A stretch of 64,000 nucleotides of DNA, taken from an uncultured delta proteobacterium (GTDB taxonomy: Bacteria; Desulfobacterota; WTBG01). Of this stretch, positions 21,217 through 31,921 are shown piece after piece. Below the pieces are notes generated by a model. That model was not told where the DNA came from. It searched no databases and saw only the letters and a program-made list of their open reading frames with translations. The position numbers and the translations under genes were made by a program. Every line of letters begins with the position of its first letter. Position 1 is the stretch's first letter. The stretch spans positions 256,001-320,000 of the forward strand of contig CAWCBP010000001.1 in the NCBI GenBank assembly GCA_963793865.1, written 5' to 3'.

Positions 21217-21251
21217 GTTTTATTTGTTTGATTCGGCGGCATGGTCTGTTT

Positions 21252-21283
21252 TGTAAGAGGGCGACCGGCCGGTCGCCCCTACA
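21252..21283. repeat. GTAG-type REP palindrome
   Basis: gggcgaccggccggtcgcccctaca; sister copy at 42814. Confidence 0.7.
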
Positions 21284-21363
21284 TTTGAATAAAATAGTGT
21301 TGTGATGTTTCACCGTGGCCCGAAGGATTCGGGTTTCTAACATAAAGTCGCGAGAGACTTTCC

Positions 21364-21786
21364 ATGATTTCCAAACTTCCTGATCTGCCGCCGGTGGCAC
21401 ACGGTGTTTTCACCCTGCCTCCCTACGATCAGTTTTCGCCGCGGCTGATCGGCTCACTGTGCCCGTCCTGCAACGAATACTTTTTCCCCCCGACCCCGTA
21501 CTGCCGGAAATGTCTCGAACCCACCGCGAACGCCGATCTCGGTTCGGAGGGGGTTCTCTACAGCTGTACCGTGATCCGCACCAAGGCCCCGCTGGGATTG
21601 CCCACACCCTATTGCGTCGGCTATGTGGACCTGGCGGGACGTTCACTGCGTATTTTTTTTCTGCTCGACCCGGACGCGGTCGGTATATTAAAACCCGGGC
21701 TTGCCGTCAGGTTGGCGGTAAAGCCTCTGGGCGTTGATCAACAAGGGTCTCCCTGCCTGAGACCTTATTTTACCCCCAAGGGGTAA
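21364..21786 (+). CDS. DUF35 Zn-ribbon/OB-fold thiolase partner
   Basis: CPSC..FFPP..YCRKC, G.LYS.TV, PY.VGYVDL. Confidence 0.85.
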   Translation: MISKLPDLPPVAHGVFTLPPYDQFSPRLIGSLCPSCNEYFFPPTPYCRKCLEPTANADLGSEGVLYSCTVIRTKAPLGLPTPYCVGYVDLAGRSLRIFFLLDPDAVGILKPGLAVRLAVKPLGVDQQGSPCLRPYFTPKG

Positions 21787-22953
21787 GTGTTAATGGAGTT
21801 GTCTGCAATGGAGCCGGTGGCAATAGTCGGGGTGGGGATGACCGGATTCGGGAAGCATCCGCAGCGGTCGCTTGTGGATCTTGCGGCGGAGGCGGCGCGC
21901 GATGCGATCAAAGACGCGGGCATCAGGCCCGCTCAGATCGGGGCCGGTTTCTTTGCCAATGGTCTTGCCGGCAGGCTGTTCGGTGATTTTACCATAGGTC
22001 AGAATGTGCTGTGGCAGGTGGGCATTAACCGGGTGCCGGTCATTAATGTTGAAAATGCTTGCACTTCGGGGTCCACTGCCTTATACTTGGCGGCCAATGC
22101 GGTCGCTGCGGGACAGGTGGAGGCGGCCATTGCCGTAGGCGCGGAAAAGATGTATGTGCCTGAGTTCGGGCTGATCAGCTCGGGACAGTCCGAGCTGGAC
22201 ACGCAGCTCGGCCTGGTGGCGCCGGCAAGCTTTGCACTTCGTGCCGTCCGCTACATGGCGGAATTCGGCGCGACGCCGGAACAGCTGGCGCAGGTCGCGG
22301 TCAAGAATCGGCGCCACGCGCAGCGCAACCCGCGGGCCCAGTATCGCGATCCCATAACCGTTGAGGAAGTGCTGGCATCGCCCATGATCGTGGATCCGCT
22401 GACCCGGCTGCAGTGCTGCCCCATCGCGGATGGCGCGGCTGCCGCCGTGGTATGCTCGGCATCCATGGCGCGGCGTCTCAAGCGGGCGGTTACGCTTAAC
22501 GCAATGGTACTCACCAGCGGCGGTTACGAAAGCCCCCAGGACCTGGTCCGATGGGAGACCGATTACCGGTCGTGCCGGCTTGCCTATGAAAGGGCCGGGG
22601 TCGGACCGGAGGACCTGAATGTCGCGGAGGTGCATGACGCCTTTTCCATTTCGGAAATCCTCCACTACGAGGCGATGGGTTTGTGCAATGCGGGGGAGGG
22701 AGTAAGGCTGGTTGCGGAGGGCGTCACCGCCCTGGGAGGGCGCTGCCCGGTCAATGTATCGGGCGGACTCCTGAGCAGGGGTCATCCGGTGGGCGCCACC
22801 GGCATCGCCCAGGTGTTTGAAATCGTGACCCAGCTTCGAAACGAAGCGGGAGAGCGCCAGGTGGCGGGGGCGTCAGTCGGGCTTGCTCACTGCATGGGCG
22901 GCGACAAGGCGGCCGACACCAAATCATGCACCGTGGCCATTTTTTCCAAGTAG
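21787..22953 (+). CDS. SCP-x-type thiolase
   Basis: ENACTSG, EVHDAF, SGGLLSRGHPVGATG; follows DUF35. Confidence 0.9.
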   Translation: MLMELSAMEPVAIVGVGMTGFGKHPQRSLVDLAAEAARDAIKDAGIRPAQIGAGFFANGLAGRLFGDFTIGQNVLWQVGINRVPVINVENACTSGSTALYLAANAVAAGQVEAAIAVGAEKMYVPEFGLISSGQSELDTQLGLVAPASFALRAVRYMAEFGATPEQLAQVAVKNRRHAQRNPRAQYRDPITVEEVLASPMIVDPLTRLQCCPIADGAAAAVVCSASMARRLKRAVTLNAMVLTSGGYESPQDLVRWETDYRSCRLAYERAGVGPEDLNVAEVHDAFSISEILHYEAMGLCNAGEGVRLVAEGVTALGGRCPVNVSGGLLSRGHPVGATGIAQVFEIVTQLRNEAGERQVAGASVGLAHCMGGDKAADTKSCTVAIFSK

Positions 22954-22962
22954 GAGCATAAC

Positions 22963-24012
22963 GTGTATTGCCTGGCTATTATGATTATTGTGCTTTCTTC
23001 GCTGCAGGTGATTTTATCGCGCCGGGTGGCAGGCACCGTGAGAAGCGCATCGGCATTGCTGACAATCATCGTGCTTGTTTCAGCGGCCCCCGCTTCACTT
23101 CATGCTGCCGGGAAATTGCCGGAGGATCTTTTCAGCGTCAGCTTTCCCACGGAACAGGACGGCTGGTCCTGCGGACGCTGGGGAACAATTCTGCATACCT
23201 CGGACGGCGGCAAAACCTGGGTCCGCCAGGAAAGCGGAACCGATTACATGCTGGTCTCCATCCATTTCGCGGATGCGCTTCATGGTCACGCCGTGGGTGA
23301 AGAGGGGATCATCCTCAGCACCGAAGACGGGGGGAAGCGCTGGAAAAAGCAGGCGTGTCCGGTGGACTTTTTTCTGATGGATGTGCACTTTGCGGATGCC
23401 GCAAAAGGCTGGATTGTCAGCGAGCGCACCCACATTTTATATACGGAGAACGGGGGTGAAACCTGGCAGGTTCAATTCAGTGACCAGGATTTTATTCTCA
23501 AGTCCGTCTCTTTTTGTGATGAGGTGAACGGGTGGGCCGCCGGCGAGTATGGCTATATTTATCACACCGCTGATGGCGGGGCGCACTGGGAGAAGCAGGC
23601 AGGGTACTACGTCATATCCGAGGAAACCGATGAGGTGGAAGGCGGCACCTTTCTTTTTGACGTGGAGGCGGTAGACCCTCAGACTGCCTGGGCGGTTGGC
23701 ATTGACAGCTACATTGTGAGAACAGCTGATGCGGGTAAAACCTGGCAGGAAGTTGCGGCCGGCATTCCCAAAACGCCGCTTTTTTGCGTGGAGGCTGACG
23801 GGGTAAATAATATCCTCATTGGCGGCACGGCGGTGTTTTTAGCCTCATCGGACGGCGGCAGTAAATGGCAGCAACCGGCGTTTGAGCCGCCCATGATCTA
23901 CGGATGGATTTATGGCCTGGACAGAATCGGGAAATCCCGGTTTGCGGCAGTAGGCTGGGAGGGCGCCATTTACCTCAATGCATCGGACAAGTGGAGCCGG
24001 GCTTCATATTAG
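22963..24012 (+). CDS. YCF48/BNR-repeat periplasmic beta-propeller protein
   Basis: Repeated T.DGG.TW motifs and a signal peptide. Confidence 0.85.
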   Translation: MYCLAIMIIVLSSLQVILSRRVAGTVRSASALLTIIVLVSAAPASLHAAGKLPEDLFSVSFPTEQDGWSCGRWGTILHTSDGGKTWVRQESGTDYMLVSIHFADALHGHAVGEEGIILSTEDGGKRWKKQACPVDFFLMDVHFADAAKGWIVSERTHILYTENGGETWQVQFSDQDFILKSVSFCDEVNGWAAGEYGYIYHTADGGAHWEKQAGYYVISEETDEVEGGTFLFDVEAVDPQTAWAVGIDSYIVRTADAGKTWQEVAAGIPKTPLFCVEADGVNNILIGGTAVFLASSDGGSKWQQPAFEPPMIYGWIYGLDRIGKSRFAAVGWEGAIYLNASDKWSRASY

Positions 24013-24057
24013 CCTGGTAATCAGCGCAATCGCTGCGCAGTAGTTACTAATACCATG

Positions 24058-24081
24058 GTAGGAGCGGCTTTAGCCGCGAAT
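24058..24081. repeat. GTAG-type REP (gtaggagcggctttagccgcgaat)
   Basis: GTAG guide plus short hairpin; related copy at 44089-44113. Confidence 0.6.
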
Positions 24082-24161
24082 GTATCGCGCATGAATGAGC
24101 TCCTGTCATATTTCATACATTGTTGGATAACATTCACCTTACTTAAGCTTGGAATTATTAT

Positions 24162-26552
24162 ATGAGCAGCGGCCTTATGAGCAGGCTGGACCGGTTCTGC
24201 TGGTTTATGACCCGCCGCCGTTTTCAATGTCTGGCAGTTGTACTGGTGCTCACCGTAATCTGCGGCTACGGCATGCTCTCCATTCGCGGAGAGGTTATCC
24301 TGCAGGATCTCTTTCCCTATGACCATCCCTACCTCAAGCTTCATGCCCGCTTTTCGCAGCTCTTCGGCAGCGGCGGATCAGGCGTCGCCATTGCCGTAAA
24401 GGCCAGACAGGGTGATATCTTCAATCAGGATGTCCTGGGCAAGGTTCAGAAAATAACCAATGATATGGTCCTCTGGGATGAGGTGTATCGTGTTTTAACC
24501 GTGTCCATCGCGGGCCGCACTACCAAAGTGGTAAGAACCCTCGCTGAGGGTGAGATCAACATTGCCCCGCTGATGTGGCCGGACCTGCCGAAGAATGATG
24601 CGGAGATGGAGGTGCTGAAGCGGTGTATTTTTTCCGACCCTGCCTATCGCGGGGTGCTGGTATCGCAGGACGGCACCGCTGCGCTGATCATGACGGAATT
24701 CAAGGAGAATATTTCCTATGAGCGGGCTTTCCGCCTCCTGTGTGAATTGATCAGGGAGCATAGCGATGAAAAAACCTCCGTGCACATCGTGGGTTTCCCG
24801 CAGCTCATCGGCTGGGTCTACAGTTATAAAAATCAGGTGCTGCTGGTATTCGGGGTCAGCATCAGCCTGATGATCATCATCCTCTTTTTAATCTTCCGCA
24901 ATTTTACCGGCATGGCCGCGCCCATGCTCTTTGCCGCAATTTCAACCGTGCAGGGCATAGGCTTTATCGGCTGGACCGGGATCAATTTCAGCCCGCTGCT
25001 GTACGTGCTGGCCTTCCTGGTAGGTGCCCGGATTATCAGTCACGCCGTCCAGATCACCCACCGCTATTTTGAAGAGTACCAGAACAACAACCTGGATAAG
25101 GTCCAGGCGTGTTATGAAACCATGCGCAGCATGATTATTCCCAACTGGGCGGGGGTTGCCACTGATGCCGCCGGTTTCCTGGTGTTGCTGTTCGCCAAAA
25201 TAGCCCTCATACAACAGGTTGCCATATTTATGAGCTTCTGGATGACCACTGTCGCTCTCTCGGGCGTCCTCACGCCAATCCTTTGCAGTTATCTCCCCAT
25301 ACACAGCGCGAGCGAAACCTGGGGCGAACGAAAGACCTCCATGAGCCTGCTCGACCACCTGTGCACGGCAACAGCCCGGTTTTCAATGGGATCGGGCAGG
25401 TTTGTTGTGGCCGGCCTCTGTGTGGCGGTCTTCATGTTTTGCGCATGGATGGCGGGCCACAGCAAGATCGGGGATCCGACACCCGGCTCCCCCCTGCTAT
25501 GGCCGGACCATCCCTACAACCGGGACCAGGAGCTGATAGACAAGACCTTTGATGCCTCATCCGAAAATTTCATGCTTTTTTACGAGGGGCAGAAAGAATC
25601 GGTGTATGACCCGGTTGTGCTTACCACCTTCGAGATGTTTGCCCGCCACATGCAGGCCGAGCTTCCCGATATTTACAAGTCCGCAAGCTCCATTGTCAGC
25701 ATCATCAAGATGTACAACCTGATCTATCACGACGGGGACAGGATCTGGTACACGCTGCCGCGCAACCAGGATTTGCTGACCGGCATCATCGGGCTCATCC
25801 GTGAGCAATTTGACCCTTATACCCTCGGCCGCTTTATTGATGTGACCGATCTTGAGCGGGCGCAGCTCACCCTCTTCTTTGCCGATCACACCTCGCATAA
25901 CCTTCAGCGCATCAAGGAGGCCGCACGGAAATTTTTCGAGACCCGTCCCATGGCCACCGAAAGGGGCGAATTCAAGCTGGCGGGGGGGAGAGTGGGAATG
26001 GAGATGGCGGTCAACGACGAGATGACCCGCTCGCACCTGCTGATCGATTCAACGGTGCTGTTTGCCATTTTCATCCTCTGCGCGCTGTTCTACCGTTCCC
26101 TGCTCGCCGGGCTCATGCTGACCGTGCCCCTCATTCTGGCCAATCTGCTTGCCTTTGCCTACATGGCCATGGCCAATATCGGCCTTTCCATCAACACCCT
26201 GCCCATTGCCGCGGTGGGGGTGGGGGTCGGGGTTGATTTTGCCATCTACATTTACAGCCGCTGCATTGAAGAGTTCCCCCACCGCAACGGCTATGCGGAT
26301 ACGATCATGATGGCCGTGCGCACCTCCGGCAAGGCGGTTGTCTACACGGGAATGACCATGATCCTGCCCATCATCACCTGGTATTTCATATCCGACCTCA
26401 AGTTCCAGGCACAGATGGGGTTCTTCCTGGCGGTGATCATGCTTACCAATCTGGTTCTGGCCGTTACCCTGCATCCCCTGATGCTGGTCACCTTCAAACC
26501 GGCGTTTATCAGCGGGCAGGCCAAAACCACCGAAGTGCGAATCGACACCTGA
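24162..26552 (+). CDS. RND/MMPL-family membrane transporter
   Basis: Two repeats of TM + periplasmic loop + 5 TM; GVGVDFAIY motif. Confidence 0.85.
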   Translation: MSSGLMSRLDRFCWFMTRRRFQCLAVVLVLTVICGYGMLSIRGEVILQDLFPYDHPYLKLHARFSQLFGSGGSGVAIAVKARQGDIFNQDVLGKVQKITNDMVLWDEVYRVLTVSIAGRTTKVVRTLAEGEINIAPLMWPDLPKNDAEMEVLKRCIFSDPAYRGVLVSQDGTAALIMTEFKENISYERAFRLLCELIREHSDEKTSVHIVGFPQLIGWVYSYKNQVLLVFGVSISLMIIILFLIFRNFTGMAAPMLFAAISTVQGIGFIGWTGINFSPLLYVLAFLVGARIISHAVQITHRYFEEYQNNNLDKVQACYETMRSMIIPNWAGVATDAAGFLVLLFAKIALIQQVAIFMSFWMTTVALSGVLTPILCSYLPIHSASETWGERKTSMSLLDHLCTATARFSMGSGRFVVAGLCVAVFMFCAWMAGHSKIGDPTPGSPLLWPDHPYNRDQELIDKTFDASSENFMLFYEGQKESVYDPVVLTTFEMFARHMQAELPDIYKSASSIVSIIKMYNLIYHDGDRIWYTLPRNQDLLTGIIGLIREQFDPYTLGRFIDVTDLERAQLTLFFADHTSHNLQRIKEAARKFFETRPMATERGEFKLAGGRVGMEMAVNDEMTRSHLLIDSTVLFAIFILCALFYRSLLAGLMLTVPLILANLLAFAYMAMANIGLSINTLPIAAVGVGVGVDFAIYIYSRCIEEFPHRNGYADTIMMAVRTSGKAVVYTGMTMILPIITWYFISDLKFQAQMGFFLAVIMLTNLVLAVTLHPLMLVTFKPAFISGQAKTTEVRIDT

Positions 26553-26755
26553 TTCCGTGTTTTCTTAATTGTTTCTGTTGACGCAATCATGAAGAGAGTG
26601 TAAAAAGGGATGCATTACCTTGTGAGCAGGCGTGTGCTTTGAGTGGATTGCCTGTGTGTCAATATAAAAGAGGGGGTTGAGAAAGCACAACCAACACATG
26701 TTCACCGGAGGAGCGCTCAGAATCCAAACCTATTCTTTCAGGTGAGGGAGGGGAA

Positions 26756-28250
26756 ATGAATATGGGAAAATCAGGAAATCTTGCAGTAGCAGCAGCCCTT
26801 GCAGCCGTTTTAATGCTGTCCGGTTCAGCCCTAGCCCGGCAGTATTCGCTGGGAGGAAGACCGATTGATGTGTATGGGTATATAACCCAGGGTGCCGGAC
26901 TAAGCCTTCACGATGATTATTACGATACGGAAGAGGACATCAATTCTGCCATAACCAATATTTTCGGTGAAATGAATTACAGTGTGTCCGACAACTTCAA
27001 GGTCTACCTTTCAGGAATTCTTACCGTGGACTGGATCTATGAAATGAAGCACAGCGATAAATCGTGGAGGGATAGAGAATTCAACAAATCCCGCGATAAG
27101 CTGTTTGTCGAAGATGAATACTGGCAGCTGCTGAAAGAAGCGCATTTTACCTGGACACCGGAGGATTTTTTCTTCCGCGTGGGCAAGCAGATTGTTGCCT
27201 GGGGCGAGACCGACGGCTTCCGTCTCATGGATCAGATTAATCCCCTCGACCAGGCCCGGGGACTTGCCGATGTGGAGTTTGAGACCACCATCATCCCCAT
27301 CTGGCTGATCAGGGCGGAATACTTTCCTAATCTGCAGGTTTCCTGGCTGCAGGACATGGCCCTTCAGTTCATATTTAATCCCAATGCCGATTTCATCTCC
27401 GATCGCCGCATCCGGCTTGGTAATGACAAGGCGGGCATCTGGGCTCCGGACATAGAGGTAAGCAGAAATGCCCGTCTGGGATCTGCTATCGAGCATCTCG
27501 ATGAGCCGACCGAGTTTGACGATGAGGGATATGAATACGCGGTGAGACTTCAGGCGATGGCCTGGGACTCGCTTTTCTCACTCAACTATTTTTATGGCCG
27601 GGAAAATTCACCGGTGGAGGTTTCGGAAGGCCTGCCCGGAATGAGTGACGCCGAGTGATGGCAAAACACTCTTGCATCTGAACTACGACGGTTATTATCC
27701 CCTGCTGCGGTTTTTGGGCGGCACCTTTACCCGGGATATTCCCGTGATGAACGCCTCGTTTCTGGGCGGCGTTGCCCCGGTTCTTCGGCTGGAGACCTTT
27801 TATGCTTTTGACAACACCTTCGCCACCTCGGACAATAAATTTGAGCAATCGGACGAATGGCGCTGGGCGGTGGGGATGGATTGGAAGGTGCGGATAAAGC
27901 CCTTAAATGAGAAGTACTTCTTTTCCATATCACCGCAATTCTACCACCGCAAAATCCGGGATTATCCCCATGCCTATGACTATGCAGGCGTGGAGGATGA
28001 CAATTACATGGCGTCTTTGATGATCAGCACCTCCTATTACCTCAATAAAATCAGTCCTTCATTCTTCTGGCTGCGTGACGTCAACAACCGGGCCAACATG
28101 TTCAAATACCAGGTTATCTATGATCACACCGACTACTGGCGCTACACCATAGGGGCGCTGTTTTTCAACGGCATTGAAAAAACCAAGGGATTTGATGTAT
28201 TCGAGAACAAGGATTACATCTACTTCAAAATCAGCTACCGGTGGAGCTAG
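26756..28250 (+). CDS. DUF1302-like outer-membrane beta-barrel; apparent frameshift near 27645
   Basis: Signal peptide, GKQIVAWGETDGFRLMDQINPLD; second ORF ends in a barrel C-terminal signature (YFKISYRWS). Confidence 0.75.
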
Positions 28251-28297
28251 GATTCTTGAGCGATACATGCGTTTCACTGCAGAGAGGGAGAAAACAC

Positions 28298-29731
28298 ATG
28301 AAAGAAAATACTGTCCGGATTATCTGTTGTGCGGTTGCGCTGATCATGCTGAGCTTCATAACCCCTGCCGGTGCTGAAGAGCAATACGGCATTGATTACA
28401 GCACCTGGGAAAAATACAAATCCTTTTATGACGATCCCAGTCCTTATTTAACCGGGGAACTTTCCTGGAAGAAGGTGATACCCCCGGCGATTTATGACAA
28501 ACTTAAGAGCGATCCCGAAGAGATGAAGAAGGTGTGGGCTGAGGTGGTCGGGTTTAAGGCCCCCGATGTGGTGGGCAAAATCGCCCCGGAGATCAAACCC
28601 GGGAAATACAGTTATACCGACAAGGAAAAGCTGCCCTTCAAGCAGCTGATGGAAGAGGACACCTATAACCGGTTTAATCCCGGCCAGGGACCCCATGCGG
28701 GGAACATGCCTGAAATAGAGGTCATTCCCACCAAGCAGTACTACTATCCCCTGCCCATCGCCAAGGCAACCAAAGATAATGTGGGCAACGTGAAACAGGG
28801 CACTGACGGGTATCTGATTGATGATAGCTATGTTGCCGGCTTGCCCTTTCCCCGGCCCTCGGGAGAATTCAAGGCTCAGCAGGCGGTTTATAATTGGGAA
28901 AAGAAATATTTAGCCGGCGCAAGCTACCATTTGCTGCAGCGGGGAATGGGATTCAGCAAGGATTTAAAAGAGGACCGGGTCGGCACCTCCACCATGTGGT
29001 TTTTGCGGCTCCATGGCCGCGCATGGCTGGAGCCCAACGGCTGGTATGATGAACGTGCGCAGAAGGCGGGAGAGAAGAGGATGTTCTCGCTTCTTTATTT
29101 GGCCCCGCGCGACCAGTACGGTAACGTATTAACCAACACCATGTATCTGGATCCGGAACACTATGACAACTTTAATGTGTATGTCAATGTGTTGCGGCGG
29201 GTGCGGCGTCTGTCGGCCACCGACACCCAGGACGCAGTGGGGGGAATGGATGTCATCTATGATGACTCGGAGACCTTCTCCCAGAAATTGTCTCCCAAGC
29301 GGTATCCCTACCAGTACAAAATCGTTGCCGAGCGGGAGTATCTGGCGGTATCGCCCACGGTTGACGGCTCATGGTACATGAAAAAGAGCGACAAGTCGCT
29401 CCAGAACATGAAGTATGAGCGAAGGCCCCAGTATGTGATCGAATTGAATCAGCTCGACCCCAACTACGTGTACAGCAAGCGGATTATTTATCAGGATAAG
29501 GAGACGCTGCTCAACAGCTCGATTTACAACTACGATCAGAAGGGAAGACTGTACAGAAGCGCGGTTATGCTCTACGGCTTCAACCCTGAGCTCGGGATAA
29601 TATTCACCACCGGGTACTTCAACCGGGACCATCTCGACCTTCACACCAGTTTCTTTTACCACTATGCATTGCCGGCAACCTGGATAAGCCGTGACCAGGT
29701 GAGCCTGCGGAGTCTCCGTAGCGTAAAATAG
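28298..29731 (+). CDS. DUF1329/LolA-like periplasmic protein
   Basis: GLPFP.P, LRRVRRLS, YVYSKR...DKE, YDQKGRLYR; typical DUF1302 partner. Confidence 0.8.
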   Translation: MKENTVRIICCAVALIMLSFITPAGAEEQYGIDYSTWEKYKSFYDDPSPYLTGELSWKKVIPPAIYDKLKSDPEEMKKVWAEVVGFKAPDVVGKIAPEIKPGKYSYTDKEKLPFKQLMEEDTYNRFNPGQGPHAGNMPEIEVIPTKQYYYPLPIAKATKDNVGNVKQGTDGYLIDDSYVAGLPFPRPSGEFKAQQAVYNWEKKYLAGASYHLLQRGMGFSKDLKEDRVGTSTMWFLRLHGRAWLEPNGWYDERAQKAGEKRMFSLLYLAPRDQYGNVLTNTMYLDPEHYDNFNVYVNVLRRVRRLSATDTQDAVGGMDVIYDDSETFSQKLSPKRYPYQYKIVAEREYLAVSPTVDGSWYMKKSDKSLQNMKYERRPQYVIELNQLDPNYVYSKRIIYQDKETLLNSSIYNYDQKGRLYRSAVMLYGFNPELGIIFTTGYFNRDHLDLHTSFFYHYALPATWISRDQVSLRSLRSVK

Positions 29732-29924
29732 CACTGTGGCATGGCTGGTTGTGCTATTCAGGAAAAGATTCATCGCATGCCAGGAAGCTCACCCCGTCAG
29801 GAAGTGGGCTTTCGGCATTTTAGAAGGCGTGCGCTTAATCAATCTCGGTGCGCGCGGTGAAGGAACGGCAGTTTGCGTAATGGCATGACCGTCTTCAGCG
29901 ATCATCATGCGGGGAGGGACGAAT

Positions 29925-30704
29925 ATGCTGCTTTCAGAAAGGGTTGCTATCGTTACGGGTGGCGCTCGGGGTATCGGGAAGGGGATAGCCCTCAGGTTTG
30001 CTGATGAAGGGTCCTCGGTCGTTATTGCGGACGTATTAACAAAAGAGGGAAAGGAAACTGCGGATGAGATGGTACGGAAGGGCGGACGGGCAATCTTTGT
30101 GGAATGTGACGTTTCAGACAGCGCCCGGGTCGGGGGCATGGTTGAACAGGTACTCAAGGCATTTAAGAAAATTGATATTCTGGTCAATAACGCCGGCATA
30201 GGGCCGCTTCCCCGCTCAATTGCCGCTATAACCGAAGAAGAATGGGACAGGGTTTTGGCGGTCAACCTCAAGGGCGTATTTTTGTGCTCCAGGGCGGTGC
30301 TTCCCTCGATGAGGCAGAACGGCTATGGCAGGATCATAAACATATCCTCCATGGCAGCCATTGCCCCGCCCGCGCCCAACTGTCATTACTCGGCCGCCAA
30401 GGCCGGCATCCTGGGTTTTACCCGTGACCTGGCTTTAGAGATGGCGCCTTTTAACATCTGCGTCAATGCCATTCTGCCCGGGGCAATTCGTACGGAGATG
30501 TTCAGCAGGATCATTCCCCCCGGCAGGGACCCGGAGGAATTTTTAGCCGAGATGGGGAAAGCGCTCTCACCCATGGGGCGGATGGGCACGCCTGATGATA
30601 TCGCCGGGGCGGCACTGTTCCTTGCTTCGGAGATGTCCGGCTATGTTACCGGCGACCGGCTCCTGGTGGGAGGAGGGTCACCGCTGATATCGCTCATCAA
30701 GTAG
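29925..30704 (+). CDS. Short-chain dehydrogenase/reductase
   Basis: TGGARGIG, NNAG, YSAAK. Confidence 0.9.
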   Translation: MLLSERVAIVTGGARGIGKGIALRFADEGSSVVIADVLTKEGKETADEMVRKGGRAIFVECDVSDSARVGGMVEQVLKAFKKIDILVNNAGIGPLPRSIAAITEEEWDRVLAVNLKGVFLCSRAVLPSMRQNGYGRIINISSMAAIAPPAPNCHYSAAKAGILGFTRDLALEMAPFNICVNAILPGAIRTEMFSRIIPPGRDPEEFLAEMGKALSPMGRMGTPDDIAGAALFLASEMSGYVTGDRLLVGGGSPLISLIK

Positions 30705-30750
30705 CCTCAACACACGCAACCGGCATGATTCAATCTGAGGAGGGAGGAAG

Positions 30751-31629
30751 ATGACCAACCCCGGTGTTCCTGATTCGCGCTTCATCACCATCGACAATCT
30801 GAAGCTGCACTACCTTGAGTGGGGCGACCCCGGGAAGCCGGTGCTGCTCTTTTTACACGGTCTGAGCGGCTGCGCCTTTGACTGGGTGTACACCGCCGGC
30901 TTTCTTCAGGACACGTTCCGCTGTATCGCGCTTACCAACCGCGGCCACGGTGACAGCCAGTGGGCGGAGGTGAGCCGCTACACCTTTCAGGACTTTGCCG
31001 TTGAAATTGCCCTTTTCCTTGACGCGCTCGCCATTAAGGAGCTGTCGGTGCTGGGATCCTCCATGGGCGGGCTCAACGGCATCTACTACGCCGCAACCCA
31101 TCCCGAGCGGGTTAAAAAGCTGATTGTCTCGGATGTGCCGCCCGAATTTAACGCTGAGTGGATGTGCAGATGGCCGCTTATCCTGCAGGGGGTGAGGTCT
31201 CACTTCAGCTCCTTTGAGGAATTTTTTGAGCTGATGCGCATGACCCGTGACCCGCTGGCAACGGAAGAAAAGGTGCGCGGTTTCGCATCCTATGCCACCA
31301 GGACCCTTCCCGACGGCAGGATCGCCTGGAAGCACGATGTGGAGATGGAAAAGACATTCTACCGGGCATTCATCAGGGACAGCAGGTCGCTGCTGCAGGG
31401 AGGCGCGCCGGAGGTAAACTGGTGGTATTTCCTGTCGATGGTGCGATGCGAGACCCTGCTGCTGCGGGGAGGGGAGAGCACGCTGCTCGATCACGAAATG
31501 ATCCTGAAGATGACCGCCGCCATGCAGCGGGCTGAGATGAGAGAGGTTGAAGGATCGGATCACGTGCTCTTCTGGGACAAGCCCGAGGAGTTCAACGCCA
31601 TCGTCAAGGAGTTTCTGACCAGACATTAA
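30751..31629 (+). CDS. Alpha/beta hydrolase
   Basis: LHG, RGHGDS, GSSMGG nucleophile elbow, C-terminal GSDH. Confidence 0.88.
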   Translation: MTNPGVPDSRFITIDNLKLHYLEWGDPGKPVLLFLHGLSGCAFDWVYTAGFLQDTFRCIALTNRGHGDSQWAEVSRYTFQDFAVEIALFLDALAIKELSVLGSSMGGLNGIYYAATHPERVKKLIVSDVPPEFNAEWMCRWPLILQGVRSHFSSFEEFFELMRMTRDPLATEEKVRGFASYATRTLPDGRIAWKHDVEMEKTFYRAFIRDSRSLLQGGAPEVNWWYFLSMVRCETLLLRGGESTLLDHEMILKMTAAMQRAEMREVEGSDHVLFWDKPEEFNAIVKEFLTRH

Positions 31630-31633
31630 GATG

Positions 31634-31851
31634 CCCCCTCCCCTAACCCTCTCCCCGGAGGGTAGAGGGAACGTTTTTAGCCTTGATTGTACTTTAGAAG
31701 ATTTCTCGGATTCCCTCGAAATGACAATTGAGTGAATGGTGACACAGTCTCCGTGGGGAGAGGAAATCAAAAGTTTTGCTGCCGGTTTAACAGGATGGGA
31801 GAATCATTATATACTCCCTCGCCCCTTTGGGGAGAGGGATGGGGTGAGGGG
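31634..31851. repeat. Cluster of CCCCTCACCCTAACCCTCTCCC-family palindromic repeats
   Basis: ccccctcccctaaccctctccc..agaggga, gacacagtctccgtggggagagg, ccctcgcccctttggggagagggatggggtgagggg. Confidence 0.7.
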
Positions 31852-31921
31852 TACATAAATTTATTGCCGTCAATTTGTTCAGGGCAGATGTCGTGAGCAA
31901 TCGTGAAGTAAGGAGGTAGAG

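Noticed and set aside
27656..27658. TGA inside the DUF1302 gene as selenocysteine
   Set aside because: The downstream half is in another frame
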